Below, piece after piece: positions 27,875 through 37,474 of a stretch of 64,000 nt of DNA (positions within the stretch are counted from its first letter, which is position 1; each line of letters begins with the position of its first letter). Origin of the DNA: Burkholderiales bacterium (lineage in GTDB: Bacteria > Pseudomonadota > Gammaproteobacteria > Burkholderiales > Burkholderiaceae_C); assembly GCA_038324515.1 (NCBI GenBank), contig JBBQIB010000002.1:3694-67693 (forward strand), given 5' to 3'. The notes beneath the pieces were generated by a model. It did no database searches, had not been told where the DNA came from, and was given only the letters and a program-made list of their open reading frames with translations. Made by a program: the position numbers and the translations under genes.

Positions 27875-28393
27875 ATGGCAGGCCGATACGCCCGCAGCGG
27901 ACCAGGTTTTTGGGCTTGGATGGGGCTGGCGGTGCTGGTCATCGTCGCCGACCAGATCACCAAGACCTGGATCCTGCAGATCTTTCAGCTCGGCGACAGC
28001 CGCACCGTCACCTCGTTTTTCAACCTGGTGCGCGCGCACAACCCGGGTGCCGCCTTCTCGTTCCTGGCCGATGCCTCCGGCTGGCAGCGATGGTTCTTCA
28101 CCGGCCTGGGGCTGGTGGTGTCGGCCTTCATCGTCTGGATGATCCGCAGCAATCCGCAGCAGAAGCTGTTTTGTTTCGCGGTCACGATGATCATGGGCGG
28201 GGCACTGGGCAACGTGATCGACCGCATGCTGCACGGCTACGTCGTCGATTTCCTGCAGTTTCGCTTCGGCGTGCTCGAGCCGATTTTTCGCGGCGGCTAC
28301 TTCCCCAGCTTCAACCTGGCCGACAGCGCAATCACTTTGGGCGCTTGTTGCCTGATCCTGGACGAGATCTTGCGCGTCAAACGCTCGCGCTGA
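27875..28393 (+). CDS. lspA: Lipoprotein signal peptidase II
   Basis: Motifs [36 protein letters not shown]. Confidence 0.96.
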   Translation: MAGRYARSGPGFWAWMGLAVLVIVADQITKTWILQIFQLGDSRTVTSFFNLVRAHNPGAAFSFLADASGWQRWFFTGLGLVVSAFIVWMIRSNPQQKLFCFAVTMIMGGALGNVIDRMLHGYVVDFLQFRFGVLEPIFRGGYFPSFNLADSAITLGACCLILDEILRVKRSR

Positions 28394-28477
28394 ACCCTCG
28401 AAGCCGGCCACTGTCCCCATGCGCCTGGGGACAAACCGGAGTTGATTGCGAGGGGCTGGAGGTCTAAGCTGAGCCTC

Positions 28478-29356
28478 ATGGCTCCTCGCACTTCCACCGC
28501 ACCGGCTGCGCCCCCGTCCGCAGACCCGTCCACAGACCCGGCCGCAGAACCGTCTGCTGCGCCAGCAGGCGTTGGCACCGCCGCATCTGCACAGGCCCCA
28601 GCCGAAGACACCCAACGCCCCGGGGTGACCCTGCGCGAGTTGCGCCCCGGCGACCCGCTGCGCTGGCTGGCCCTGGGTTGGCGAGACTTCAAACGGGCGC
28701 CTGGGATCGGCCTGTTTTATGGCTTTTGCTTTGTCGTGATGGGCTGGGCGCTGCTCAAGGTCTACCACAACTCACCGGCTTACACGATGGCCCTGTCGGC
28801 CGGATTCTTGCTGATGGGCCCGTTTTTGTGCCTGGGTCTTTATCGCGTCAGCCAGCGGCTGGAGAACGGCGAAAAGCCCGATTTCGGCGATTCGTTGATG
28901 GCTTGGGACACCCGCACCGGCCAGCTGGCCATCTTCGGCTTCGTGTTGCTGGTGCTGGAAATGCTGTGGGGCCGGGTCACACTGGTGATCTTTGCCGTCA
29001 GCTTTGACGGCATGCCCGATTTCAAAGGCTCGTTGTTGGCCTTGGCCGAGCCTGAGAACCTGGGCTTCACGCTGAGCTGGCTCGCTGTGGGCGGCATCTT
29101 TGCTTCTCTGATCTTTGCCGTCAGCGTGGTCGCCATTCCGATGATCCTGCACCGCCAGACAGATGCCATCACCGCTGGCTTGACCAGCATGCGATTGGTG
29201 CTGGGCCAGCCCGTCGTGATGCTGATCTGGGCCGCCCTGATCGCCGCGCTGGTGGGTCTGGCGCTGCTGCCCTACTTTGCCGGACTGCTGGTCATCGGAC
29301 CGGTGATCGGTCATGCGTCATGGCATGCCTACCGACAGGCGGTCGGCGAGGGCTGA
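28478..29356 (+). CDS. DUF2189 family membrane protein
   Basis: Motifs PLRWLALGWRDF, GFLLMGPFLCLGLY.VS, GHASWHAYR. Multiple TM helices. Confidence 0.85.
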   Translation: MAPRTSTAPAAPPSADPSTDPAAEPSAAPAGVGTAASAQAPAEDTQRPGVTLRELRPGDPLRWLALGWRDFKRAPGIGLFYGFCFVVMGWALLKVYHNSPAYTMALSAGFLLMGPFLCLGLYRVSQRLENGEKPDFGDSLMAWDTRTGQLAIFGFVLLVLEMLWGRVTLVIFAVSFDGMPDFKGSLLALAEPENLGFTLSWLAVGGIFASLIFAVSVVAIPMILHRQTDAITAGLTSMRLVLGQPVVMLIWAALIAALVGLALLPYFAGLLVIGPVIGHASWHAYRQAVGEG

Positions 29357-29374
29357 AGACGCTCACTGAAGCGG

Positions 29375-29962
29375 CTACCTTCGGTCTCCCATCGCATGCG
29401 CGATGGTGCCCAAATCCACGTACTCCAACTCACTGCCTGCAGGCACACCGCGTGCCAGGCGGGTGACCTTCAAGCCGCGTGCGCGCAACGCTCCGCTCAA
29501 GGCATGGGCAGTGACCTCTCCTTCGGCGCTGAAGCCGGTGGCCAGGATGACTTCCTGCACCTCGCCTTCAGAAGCGCGGTCCAGCAAGCCTTGCACACCG
29601 ATGTCTGCCACGCCCACACCATCCAAGGGGCTGATGCGGCCCATCAGCACGTAGTACAGGCCCTTGAAGCTGCCGCTGCGCTCCAGCGCCGCCTGGTCTG
29701 CAGGGGTCTCGACCACACACAGCAGGCGCACGTCGCGGCGGCCGTCCAGACAAGTGCTGCAGACCTCGTCCTGGGTGAAGGTGTGGCAGCGGCGGCAATG
29801 CTGTACCCGCTCGACCGCGTTGCCCAAGGCTGCAGCCAGGCGACGGGCGGCGTCACGGTCATGCTGCAGCAGATGAAAAGCCATGCGCTGCGCCGATTTG
29901 ATACCCACCCCGGGCAGGCGGCGCAAGGCGTCGATGAGGCCCTCCAGAGCAGGCTCAGTCAT
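29375..29962 (-). CDS. recR: Recombination mediator RecR
   Basis: Motifs [12 protein letters not shown]-x2-C...C-x2-C zinc finger, CVVE (Toprim), LARGVP.G.ELEYVD. Confidence 0.96.
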   Translation of the reverse strand: MTEPALEGLIDALRRLPGVGIKSAQRMAFHLLQHDRDAARRLAAALGNAVERVQHCRRCHTFTQDEVCSTCLDGRRDVRLLCVVETPADQAALERSGSFKGLYYVLMGRISPLDGVGVADIGVQGLLDRASEGEVQEVILATGFSAEGEVTAHALSGALRARGLKVTRLARGVPAGSELEYVDLGTIAHAMGDRR

Positions 29963-30000
29963 CGCCGCTCAACGCCAGCCCGGTGCGCCAGGCCAGCCGC

Positions 30001-30085
30001 ACGCGAGACCGATGCGAGACCGCGATGCGAGATCCATACGAGACCCATGCAAGCCCCATGCAAGCCCCATGCAAGCGCCAATGCA
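30001..30085. repeat. Intergenic imperfect 11-bp tandem array (~8 units) between ybaB and recR
   Basis: acgcgagaccg/atgcgagaccgcg/atgcgagatcc/atacgagaccc/atgcaagcccc/atgcaagcccc/atgcaagcgcca/atgca. Confidence 0.85.
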
Positions 30086-30127
30086 CACTTTCGACCACGG
30101 TGGCAACTGCGCAGCGCGGCAAGAAGC

Positions 30128-30454
30128 TCAGAACGGCAGCTTCATGCCCGGGGGCAGCGGCATGCCTGCAGTCAGCTTGCCCATCTTCTCGGTGCTGACT
30201 TCTTCGGCGCGGCGAACGGCGGCGTTGAAGGCTGCGGCGACCAGATCCTCGAGCATGTCCTTGTCCTCGGCCAGCAGACTGGGGTCGATGGTGACGCGTT
30301 TGACGTCGTGCTTGCAGGTCATCAGCACCTTGACCAATCCGGCGCCTGATTCACCTTCAACTTCTATTTGCGCCAGTTCGTCCTGCGCGCGTTTCATGTT
30401 CTCCTGCATGGCTTGTGCTTGTTTCATCAAGCCTGCGAGTTGGCCTTTCATCAT
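30128..30454 (-). CDS. ybaB: YbaB/EbfC nucleoid-associated protein
   Basis: Motifs [38 protein letters not shown]. Lies between dnaX and recR. Confidence 0.95.
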   Translation of the reverse strand: MMKGQLAGLMKQAQAMQENMKRAQDELAQIEVEGESGAGLVKVLMTCKHDVKRVTIDPSLLAEDKDMLEDLVAAAFNAAVRRAEEVSTEKMGKLTAGMPLPPGMKLPF

Positions 30455-30565
30455 GGTGCTGGGTCCTTGAAAAGTTGAAGTGATGTGAGGGTGAAAAAAT
30501 CGGAGTCGCTTCGAGGTTGCCAAAGATCACGAGATGGCCGTGGCGACTGCCCTGTGGCGCGCCGC

Positions 30566-32266
30566 TCAGGTCGCTTGAATCGACCCTGGGACGATGCGCG
30601 CAGTCGGGTACTGTGCCAGCAACTGCTGTACCAGCGGGTCTTGCTGGATGGTGCGCTCAGCTTGCGCTTGCCGCTCGGCACGCCGGGCAGCGTCACGTTG
30701 GGCCGGGCTGTCTGCAGGCGTACCCGGCTGCAACTGCACTGTCAGGCTGCAGTCGAGCGCGGCGCTCAGGGCGCGAGACAAGCGATCCGCCAAAACTTGC
30801 GTGCGCAATAGCTCGCGTTCGACCTGCAGGTGCCAGACCTCGGGCGCGGCCTCGCCGTCGATGCCCATCAGGCCGGCTTGCCAGGCCAGTTCACGCACCA
30901 AGGCCGCCAGCGCGCCCTGCGCGATCAGTCGCTTGACCAAGGCCTCCCAGCGGTCGGCCAATGGCGAGGCGTCGGCTGGCATGGGCGCAGGCGCGGGGCT
31001 GCGCAACGCAGCTTCCTTGCTTTCAGCCACAGCGCCAGGCTTTTCAGCGCCGGGCTGATGGGCCGCTGGCGCTGCAGCGGCGTCCCGTTCAGCCGCTGCA
31101 TCGTGGGCCACTGTGGCTGGCTTCGACAACGGCTGAGCGGGCCCCGGCAGGGAGCCGGCGCCGCCGACTTGCGAAGGAAAGGCCAAAAACCGCAGCAGCA
31201 CCATGCTCAGTGCCGCGTATTCATCACTCATCAGCCCCAGTTCTTCGCGGCCATGCAGCGCCATGCTGTACAGCAGTTGAGTTTCGTCGGCGGGCAGCAG
31301 GGTGGCGAGCGTGCGCGCGTCCTCGGTATCGGGATCTTGCGCATCCAGCGCGCCGGGTACCGCCTGCTCCACCGCCATCTGTTGCAACAGCAAAGCCAGT
31401 TCTTCCAGGGTGCCGGCCGCCGAAAACCCGTGGCTGCGCAAGCCGTCCACCAGCGCCAGCACCGCCGCACCGTCGCGTTGCGACAGCGCCTGCACCAGCG
31501 CAGCCGCCTGGCCGCGATCGACACTGCCCAGCATCGCGCGCACCTGCTCGATCTTCAAGGCGCCGCCGCCATAAGCAATGGCCTGATCGGTCAAGGACAG
31601 TGCATCGCGCATCGAGCCGTTGGCCGCCCGCGCAAGCAGCCGCAAAGCGCCGTCCTCATATGCCACCTGCTCGGCCGTCAGCACCGTCTGCAGGTGCTCC
31701 CGCACCGTCACCGGCGCCATCGGCCGCAGGTTGAACTGCAGGCAGCGGCTGAGCACGGTGGGCAGCATCTTGTCGGGGTCGGTGGTGGCGAGCACGAACT
31801 TCAGGTACTCGGGCGGCTCTTCCAGGGTCTTGAGCAAGGCATTGAAGGCGTCCTTGGTCAGCTGGTGCGCCTCGTCGATCATGAACACCTTGAAGCGGCC
31901 GAGCCCTGGCTTGTAGGCCGCCCGCACCAGCAACTCGCGCACCTCGTCGATGCTGCGGTTGCTGGCCGCGTCCATCTCGGTGTAGTCCAGATAGCGATCG
32001 GCGTCGATCTCGGTGCAAGCCTGGCAAACGCCACAAGGCTCGGCCGTGATGCCGCCTTGCCCGTCAGGCCCGGTGCAGTTCAGACTTTTGGCCAAAATGC
32101 GAGACACCGTGGTCTTGCCGACGCCACGCGTACCCGTGAACAGGTAGGCATGGTGCAGTCGCTGCTGCCGCAGCGCATTGCTCAAGGCACGCACCACATG
32201 CTCCTGGCCCACCATCTGCGCAAAACTGCGCGGACGATACTTGCGGGCCAACACGACATAGGACAT
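30566..32266 (-). CDS. dnaX: DNA polymerase III subunit gamma/tau
   Basis: Motifs LARKYRP, GTRGVGKTT, DEAH, FNALLKTLEEPP, SRC, GSMRDALS. Confidence 0.96.
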   Translation of the reverse strand: MSYVVLARKYRPRSFAQMVGQEHVVRALSNALRQQRLHHAYLFTGTRGVGKTTVSRILAKSLNCTGPDGQGGITAEPCGVCQACTEIDADRYLDYTEMDAASNRSIDEVRELLVRAAYKPGLGRFKVFMIDEAHQLTKDAFNALLKTLEEPPEYLKFVLATTDPDKMLPTVLSRCLQFNLRPMAPVTVREHLQTVLTAEQVAYEDGALRLLARAANGSMRDALSLTDQAIAYGGGALKIEQVRAMLGSVDRGQAAALVQALSQRDGAAVLALVDGLRSHGFSAAGTLEELALLLQQMAVEQAVPGALDAQDPDTEDARTLATLLPADETQLLYSMALHGREELGLMSDEYAALSMVLLRFLAFPSQVGGAGSLPGPAQPLSKPATVAHDAAAERDAAAAPAAHQPGAEKPGAVAESKEAALRSPAPAPMPADASPLADRWEALVKRLIAQGALAALVRELAWQAGLMGIDGEAAPEVWHLQVERELLRTQVLADRLSRALSAALDCSLTVQLQPGTPADSPAQRDAARRAERQAQAERTIQQDPLVQQLLAQYPTARIVPGSIQAT

Positions 32267-32327
32267 GGCCAAGATTCTAGGCGGGCCCAAGGCCGGCACC
32301 CTGACCCCACAGGGATAATCCTGGGCC

Positions 32328-33440
32328 ATGAACACCGGCAACACCCCGCTCAGCTACGAACAGGCTGGCGTGCAGTACGACCTGATCGACCCGCTCAAGG
32401 TTGCGGCCCAGCGCGCGGCTGCGGCCACGGCCTCTCACCTGCCCGCCAAAGGAGCGACCGAGGTCGTGGCATCACGCGGCGAATCGGCCTACGTGATGGA
32501 TCTGGGGCCCTTCTACATCGCCAGCGTCGTCGAGTGCCTGGGCACCAAGACCTTGGTCGCCGACGAGATGCAGCGGCTGACCGGCCGCCAGTACTTTGCC
32601 GGCATCGCGCAAGACACCATTGCGATGGCGGTCAACGACCTGATCACGGTCGGCGCCACTCCACTGGTGGTTCAAGCCTACTGGGCTGCCGGCGGCAGCG
32701 AGTGGTTCAGCGATGCCGCACGGGCTCAGGACCTGGTGGCAGGCTGGAAAGCGGCCTGCGACATCTGCGGTGTGGCCTGGGGCGGCGGCGAAACACCAGC
32801 GCTGGCAGGCATCGTCGAGCCTGGCCGCATCGACCTGGCAGCCGCTTGCACCGGCATCGTCAAGCCCAAAGCCAGGCTGAGTCTGGGCGAGCGGCTGGCG
32901 CCGGGTGACGCCATTGTCTTGCTGGCCAGCAGCGGCATCCATGCCAACGGCCTGAGCCTGGCCAGAAAGCTGGTCGAGCGGCTGCCTGAGGGATATCTGA
33001 CCAAGATGCAGGACGGCAGCCTTTACGGCGAAGCGCTGCTGGCGCCCACCGCCTTGTACGCGCCGGTGACTGAGGCGTTGTGGTCGGCTGGCGTGCCCGT
33101 CAAGTACGCAGCCAACATCACCGGCCACGGCTGGCGCAAGCTGATGCGCCATCCCAAGCCGCTGGCCTACCGCGTCCACACCCTGCCGCCGGTGCCAGCG
33201 GTGCTGCAATTCATCCAGAACCAGGCGCAAATGGGTGCAGAAGATGCCTATGGCACGCTGAACATGGGTGCAGGCTTCGCACTCTTTGTCGCGGCCAAAG
33301 ATGCTCAGCGCTGTGTGGCTACCGCGCGAGCCTGCGGCATCGCGGCCTGGGCGGCCGGCGAAGTGGAAGCCGGCAACAAATGCTTGCTGATCGATCCGCT
33401 GGGCCTGCGCTTCGATGGGCAAGCCCTGCAACTGCGCTGA
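32328..33440 (+). CDS. purM: AIR synthase (PurM-like), divergent type
   Basis: Motifs YEQAGV, ECLGTK, AMAVNDL, GGETPAL, SSGIHANGLSL, NITGHG, TLNMGAGF. Confidence 0.8.
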   Translation: MNTGNTPLSYEQAGVQYDLIDPLKVAAQRAAAATASHLPAKGATEVVASRGESAYVMDLGPFYIASVVECLGTKTLVADEMQRLTGRQYFAGIAQDTIAMAVNDLITVGATPLVVQAYWAAGGSEWFSDAARAQDLVAGWKAACDICGVAWGGGETPALAGIVEPGRIDLAAACTGIVKPKARLSLGERLAPGDAIVLLASSGIHANGLSLARKLVERLPEGYLTKMQDGSLYGEALLAPTALYAPVTEALWSAGVPVKYAANITGHGWRKLMRHPKPLAYRVHTLPPVPAVLQFIQNQAQMGAEDAYGTLNMGAGFALFVAAKDAQRCVATARACGIAAWAAGEVEAGNKCLLIDPLGLRFDGQALQLR

Positions 33441-33584
33441 GAGGCTGATCGAGCCGCGAGGTTCTAACGGCGCCGGCATTCTTGCCTGCTCGACCACATT
33501 TACGGCTTCATCAGTTACTATCGGTGTTTTCCCTAAAGAAAACGTGAATTTTTCTCGTTTCTTTATTTTTTGAAAGCGCGACTG

Positions 33585-33980
33585 ATGAACATCAAAAGCA
33601 GCCCTTTACGCCGCCCCTCACGGGCCTTGGCCACCTTGAGCGTGATCGCATCCTTGGTCTTTCTGGGCGCCTGCGCCAGCAAAGGCGTGGCGCCGGTGGA
33701 AGAACTGGCCAACGCCAGGGCCTCGATTGCCCAGGCAGAAAGCGCGGGTGCGCTGCAACTGGCCCCTGTGGAAATGTTGGCTGCTCGCGACAAGATGAAC
33801 ACGGCAGAAGCTGCCGCCCGCGAAGAGCGTTTTGTGGAAAGCCGCCGCATGGCCGAGCAGGCGATGGCCGATGCTGAAGTGGCAGAGCGCAAATCGCGTG
33901 CCGAAAAGGCCTCGCGCACCGTGGCAGAACTCAAGCGCGGCAACGAAGTGCTGAGGCAGGAAACCCAGCGCAGGCCCTGA
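33585..33980 (+). CDS. DUF4398 lipoprotein
   Basis: Lipobox LGAC. Motifs A.ASIAQAESAGA, ARDKM, AEQAMADAEVAE. Paired with the downstream OmpA gene. Confidence 0.85.
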   Translation: MNIKSSPLRRPSRALATLSVIASLVFLGACASKGVAPVEELANARASIAQAESAGALQLAPVEMLAARDKMNTAEAAAREERFVESRRMAEQAMADAEVAERKSRAEKASRTVAELKRGNEVLRQETQRRP

Positions 33981-34021
33981 TTTGCAATGCTGACTTGCCC
34001 CTGATCTGCACCCAGGCTTCA

Positions 34022-34047
34022 AGCTGTTGAGCTGTTGAGCTGTTGAG
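34022..34047. repeat. 8-bp tandem repeat (AGCTGTTG)x3
   Basis: Perfect copies in the DUF4398-ompA spacer. Confidence 0.85.
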
Positions 34048-34086
34048 TTGCGGAGCCGCCCACCGTTTTTTCCAAGGATGATCCAT

Positions 34087-35139
34087 ATGAAAACCCAACT
34101 GATGCGCAGCACTCGCACCGCGCTGGCCCTGGCCGTCACAGCCGCCCTGGTGGCTTGCGCTTCCGCACCCACCAGCAACTCCCAGCTCGACGCAGCACGC
34201 GCCGCGTACGACCGGACTGCGGCCGATCCGCAAGTGGTGAGCAGTGCACCGGTCGAACTGCGTCAGGCGCAAGACGCACTGGCCAAAAGCGAGGCGGCGC
34301 TGCGCAAGGGCGACGACATGACCGAGGTCGAGCACTTCGCCTACCTGGCACGCCAGCGGACCGAAGTCGCCCGCCAGGCAGGCTTGATCGCCCAGGCCGA
34401 CGCCGCGGTAGCCGCGTCGCGTGCCGAGCGCGACCGCATCCTGATCGAAGCCCGCACCAACGAAGCCCAGGTTCAGCGCGACAGCGCGGAGCGGGCTCGC
34501 CTGGCTGCAGCGTCTGAGCGCAATGCCGCCGAGGCCGCCCGCATGCAGGCAGAAGAAGCACGTCTGCAGGCCGAGGCTTCACGTGCTCAGGCCGATGCTT
34601 CGCGCACCCAGGCAGACGCAGCGCGCACCCAAGCAGACGCAGCACGCAGATCAGCGCAAGAACAATTGGCCGCCGCCAGAGCAGCACGCCAATTGGCCGA
34701 GGCCGAAACGGTACGCGCCGCCAAGCTGGAGGCGCAAATGGCCGAGTTGCAAGCCAAACAAACCAACCGCGGCATGGTGCTGACGCTGGGCGATGTGTTG
34801 TTTGATACCGGCCTGGCCACGCTGAAGGCCGGCGCGATGCGCACGGTGGACCAGCTCGCCACCTTCTTGCAAAGCAACCCCGAGCGCAAAGTGCTGGTCG
34901 AAGGCCATACCGACAGCGTCGGCAGCGACTCCTTCAACCGCGAGCTGTCCGAGCGCCGCGCCCAGGCTCTGAGCCAAGCCCTGGTTGAGCGGCAAATCGC
35001 TGCCGACCGCGTGCAAGCCAGCGGTTTGGGCGAAAACTACCCGGTGGCAGACAACAGCAATGCTGCGGGTCGCCAACAGAACCGTCGCGTCGAAGTGATC
35101 TTCTCGGACGCCGACGGCAGGGTCAAAGCGCGCAACTGA
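34087..35139 (+). CDS. OmpA-family peptidoglycan-binding lipoprotein with DUF4398 and coiled-coil stalk
   Basis: Lipobox LVAC and heptad repeats. Motifs LGDVLFDTG, EGHTDSVG, LSERRA, GRQQNRRVEV. Confidence 0.92.
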   Translation: MKTQLMRSTRTALALAVTAALVACASAPTSNSQLDAARAAYDRTAADPQVVSSAPVELRQAQDALAKSEAALRKGDDMTEVEHFAYLARQRTEVARQAGLIAQADAAVAASRAERDRILIEARTNEAQVQRDSAERARLAAASERNAAEAARMQAEEARLQAEASRAQADASRTQADAARTQADAARRSAQEQLAAARAARQLAEAETVRAAKLEAQMAELQAKQTNRGMVLTLGDVLFDTGLATLKAGAMRTVDQLATFLQSNPERKVLVEGHTDSVGSDSFNRELSERRAQALSQALVERQIAADRVQASGLGENYPVADNSNAAGRQQNRRVEVIFSDADGRVKARN

Positions 35140-35196
35140 TGTTTGATGCCCGCCTTCCTGATGCCAGCCTTTTCTCCTACCCCTACAATCGAACGC

Positions 35197-35290
35197 GACG
35201 GGCCTCCCCGCATGGAAGCGCGCCCAACCGGGTCAGGTGGGGAACCAAGCAGCCCTAAGCGTTGCAACCAGTGCCGGGGTCGGGCTCGTC
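35197..35290 (+). ncRNA. ffs: Signal recognition particle 4.5S RNA
   Basis: Conserved helix-8 core GGTCAGGTGG-GGAA-CCAAGCAGCC and paired ends GACGGGCC/GGCTCGTC. TACAAT -10 box at 35184-35189. Confidence 0.92.
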
Positions 35291-35301
35291 ACCTTGAGGC
35301 T

Positions 35302-37143
35302 TCAGTTCGCCACCGGCGCCAGGCTTGCCCACGCGCTTGAACTCTCGCCAATGCTGGCGCTGCCCTCGTTGTGCAGCGCGGCTTTCAGTTCCGCCATCGA
35401 AAAGCCGAGGTTGCGGCCGTGGCGCTGCACCACTCGCGCCAGCGCTGTCTTGACCAACGTGGGCGGAAGAGCCAACGCGTCCACCACGCTGTTGGCGCAA
35501 CTGGCGACCGCACGCAGCACATCGTCGTCACTGGGCTCGGCGGCCCGGTTGCTGCGTTCTGAAGGACGCTCCAGCAGCGTCAACGAGGCCTCGTCAAAGC
35601 CCCATTGCCGTGCCAGCGCCCGGCTGAACAGCGACAGATCCGTGCCCAGCACCGCAAACGCTGCTTCTTCTTCGCTCAGTGCAGGCTCGTAGACGGGCGC
35701 TGTGCTCTGCTGTCCCGCAGCAAGACCTGCAGTCGCTGCGCCTGCAGCAGCGGGCTGTTGGGCCAGTTGCGGCTGGATCAGCCGCCGCCATTGCGCTGCT
35801 TCTTCAGGAAAGTGGTAATGCAGCAGCAGCCGGCCCAGGTTGTGCAGCAAGGTCACCAGGTACACCATTTCGGCGTCATATCCAGGTGGCCGCAGCAGCA
35901 GTGCAATGCGCGCAGCGCGCTGGCAGCGCTGCAGCAGTTGGTGCAGCGCCTGGGCATGCTCTTCGCGCAGGGCACCTGGCCACGAGCGCAGTGCCAGCGC
36001 GTTGCGTCGCACGCCCTCCAGGCCCAGCATCGCGATGGCTCGGCGCACCGCCAGGACCGGTTCACCACCGCTGCGCAAGCCTGTACGCGCACGCGCCAGG
36101 TTGACACTGCGCAGCATCTCAAAAGCCAGGGCCGGGTCTTCGAGCACGACCTCGGCCAGGTCGTGGGTGCGTCCGCCATCCAGCAGCGCCAGTCGTGCCA
36201 CCCGTTCTGCTGCCCCGGGCATGGATGGCAACAAACCGTTGGCGTCCAGGCGTTGCATCAGCAATGACAAAGGGCCTCCGGATTTCTGTTCGTCGCTGTG
36301 CAGCCATCCTTCCAGCGCGCGCAGCAAGCTGCGCGCCGAGGCGTAGCGTTGTCGCTCCTGGCGGTCGGTGGCCCGGTTGACGATGACGCGCAGCGGCTCA
36401 ACCACCGGGCGCGGCAATGACCAGGGCAGGCGCACCAGTTCGTTGCCCAGCGGCGTGGTGCGAGCGATCACCTGGCCGGTGTCGGGTTCATCCAGCGCTG
36501 CTTTCCCGGCCAGCAAGCCGTGCATCAGCACCCCGGCAGCCAATACGTCACGCTGTGCAGCAGCGCGCTGCAGCCGCAGCGCGCTCGCATCCAGGGCGTC
36601 CAGGCCCTCGGATCCGGCATCGCGCAGCGCCACTTCAGCGCCAACTGCCAGGCCCGCCAAGCGCAACTGGCCGTCGTCGCTGATCAGCACCAGATGGGCT
36701 TGCAGGTCGTGATGCGCCAGCCCTGCGTCGTGCGCAAAGGCCAGACCCGAAAGCAGTTGCGCCATCCACTCGGCCACCTGCGTGCCAGGCAGGCCTTTGC
36801 TGTCCAGACGTTCCAGCAAAGTGGCGTCTTCTGCCATCGCGTAGCTGACATATGGCCAAGCCTCGTGAACGCCTACAGCGTGCGGCACCGCAAGTTGCGG
36901 GTGGTCCAGTCGCGCTGCTAGCCGGGCCATCTGCTGCCAATGGCGCAAAGATGGCTGATCCGGCAATTGCAGGCGCGGCAGCACCAGCATCAAGTCCTTG
37001 CCGCTGCTTGGGTCCACCACGTGCCAGGCCATCGTGCGCTTGCTGCGGCCAAGCAGGCGCAAAAGCTGCATGTGGCCAAACCAGCGCAGCTTGCTGCCGC
37101 GCGCCCGGGGGGTGTCGCTGCTGGGAGGCTGAACGGTGACCAT
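35302..37143 (-). CDS. Pseudokinase-HDOD domain fusion protein
   Basis: Kinase-like N-terminus (ARLDHPQL, LAFAHDAGLAHHDLQ) lacking the VAIK, N and DFG motifs. HDOD domain (LPSMP, DPALAFEMLRSVN, AIAMLG, LLHNLGRL, WGF). Confidence 0.85.
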   Translation of the reverse strand: MVTVQPPSSDTPRARGSKLRWFGHMQLLRLLGRSKRTMAWHVVDPSSGKDLMLVLPRLQLPDQPSLRHWQQMARLAARLDHPQLAVPHAVGVHEAWPYVSYAMAEDATLLERLDSKGLPGTQVAEWMAQLLSGLAFAHDAGLAHHDLQAHLVLISDDGQLRLAGLAVGAEVALRDAGSEGLDALDASALRLQRAAAQRDVLAAGVLMHGLLAGKAALDEPDTGQVIARTTPLGNELVRLPWSLPRPVVEPLRVIVNRATDRQERQRYASARSLLRALEGWLHSDEQKSGGPLSLLMQRLDANGLLPSMPGAAERVARLALLDGGRTHDLAEVVLEDPALAFEMLRSVNLARARTGLRSGGEPVLAVRRAIAMLGLEGVRRNALALRSWPGALREEHAQALHQLLQRCQRAARIALLLRPPGYDAEMVYLVTLLHNLGRLLLHYHFPEEAAQWRRLIQPQLAQQPAAAGAATAGLAAGQQSTAPVYEPALSEEEAAFAVLGTDLSLFSRALARQWGFDEASLTLLERPSERSNRAAEPSDDDVLRAVASCANSVVDALALPPTLVKTALARVVQRHGRNLGFSMAELKAALHNEGSASIGESSSAWASLAPVAN

Positions 37144-37474
37144 GACCTTGCATTGGACCCCGACACGGCCACTTCCAAGACACCGAACAGGCCCGCAAAG
37201 CGCCGCCTGATGGCAGCGCAGGGGGCATCAAAACCTCTACCCAGCTACCCAGGGGCCTGCAAGCACCCACCGTCCAAGCCATGCAAATCGCCTCTTGCCG
37301 CCATCGAGCCAAAGTCGGCCGATGACTGGGCCAGCGCCCGTTTCGCTATGTCAAAATACAGCGCAGGACTGTGCCCACCCGGCTTGGCACAGCCTGCTTG
37401 CCCTGCAATCGAGTTTTTGGGGCACCCTGTCGCAGCGGCCAGTGGCCGCCGACCCAGCATGAGGAGCATCTGCC

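Noticed and set aside
23440-30085. 11-12-bp arrays as CRISPR arrays or plasmid iterons
   Set aside because: The units are contiguous without unique spacers and too short, and there are no cas or rep genes.
30566-32266. Programmed -1 frameshift in dnaX (gamma/tau)
   Set aside because: I saw no A AAA AAG or long poly-A slippery site in the linker.
30830-32908. Long opposite-strand ORFs (692 aa here; also 51312..53078, 55742..57352, 25617..26948)
   Set aside because: They are antisense to dnaX, ftsH, carB and ileS, are expected in high-GC coding DNA, and carry no motifs.
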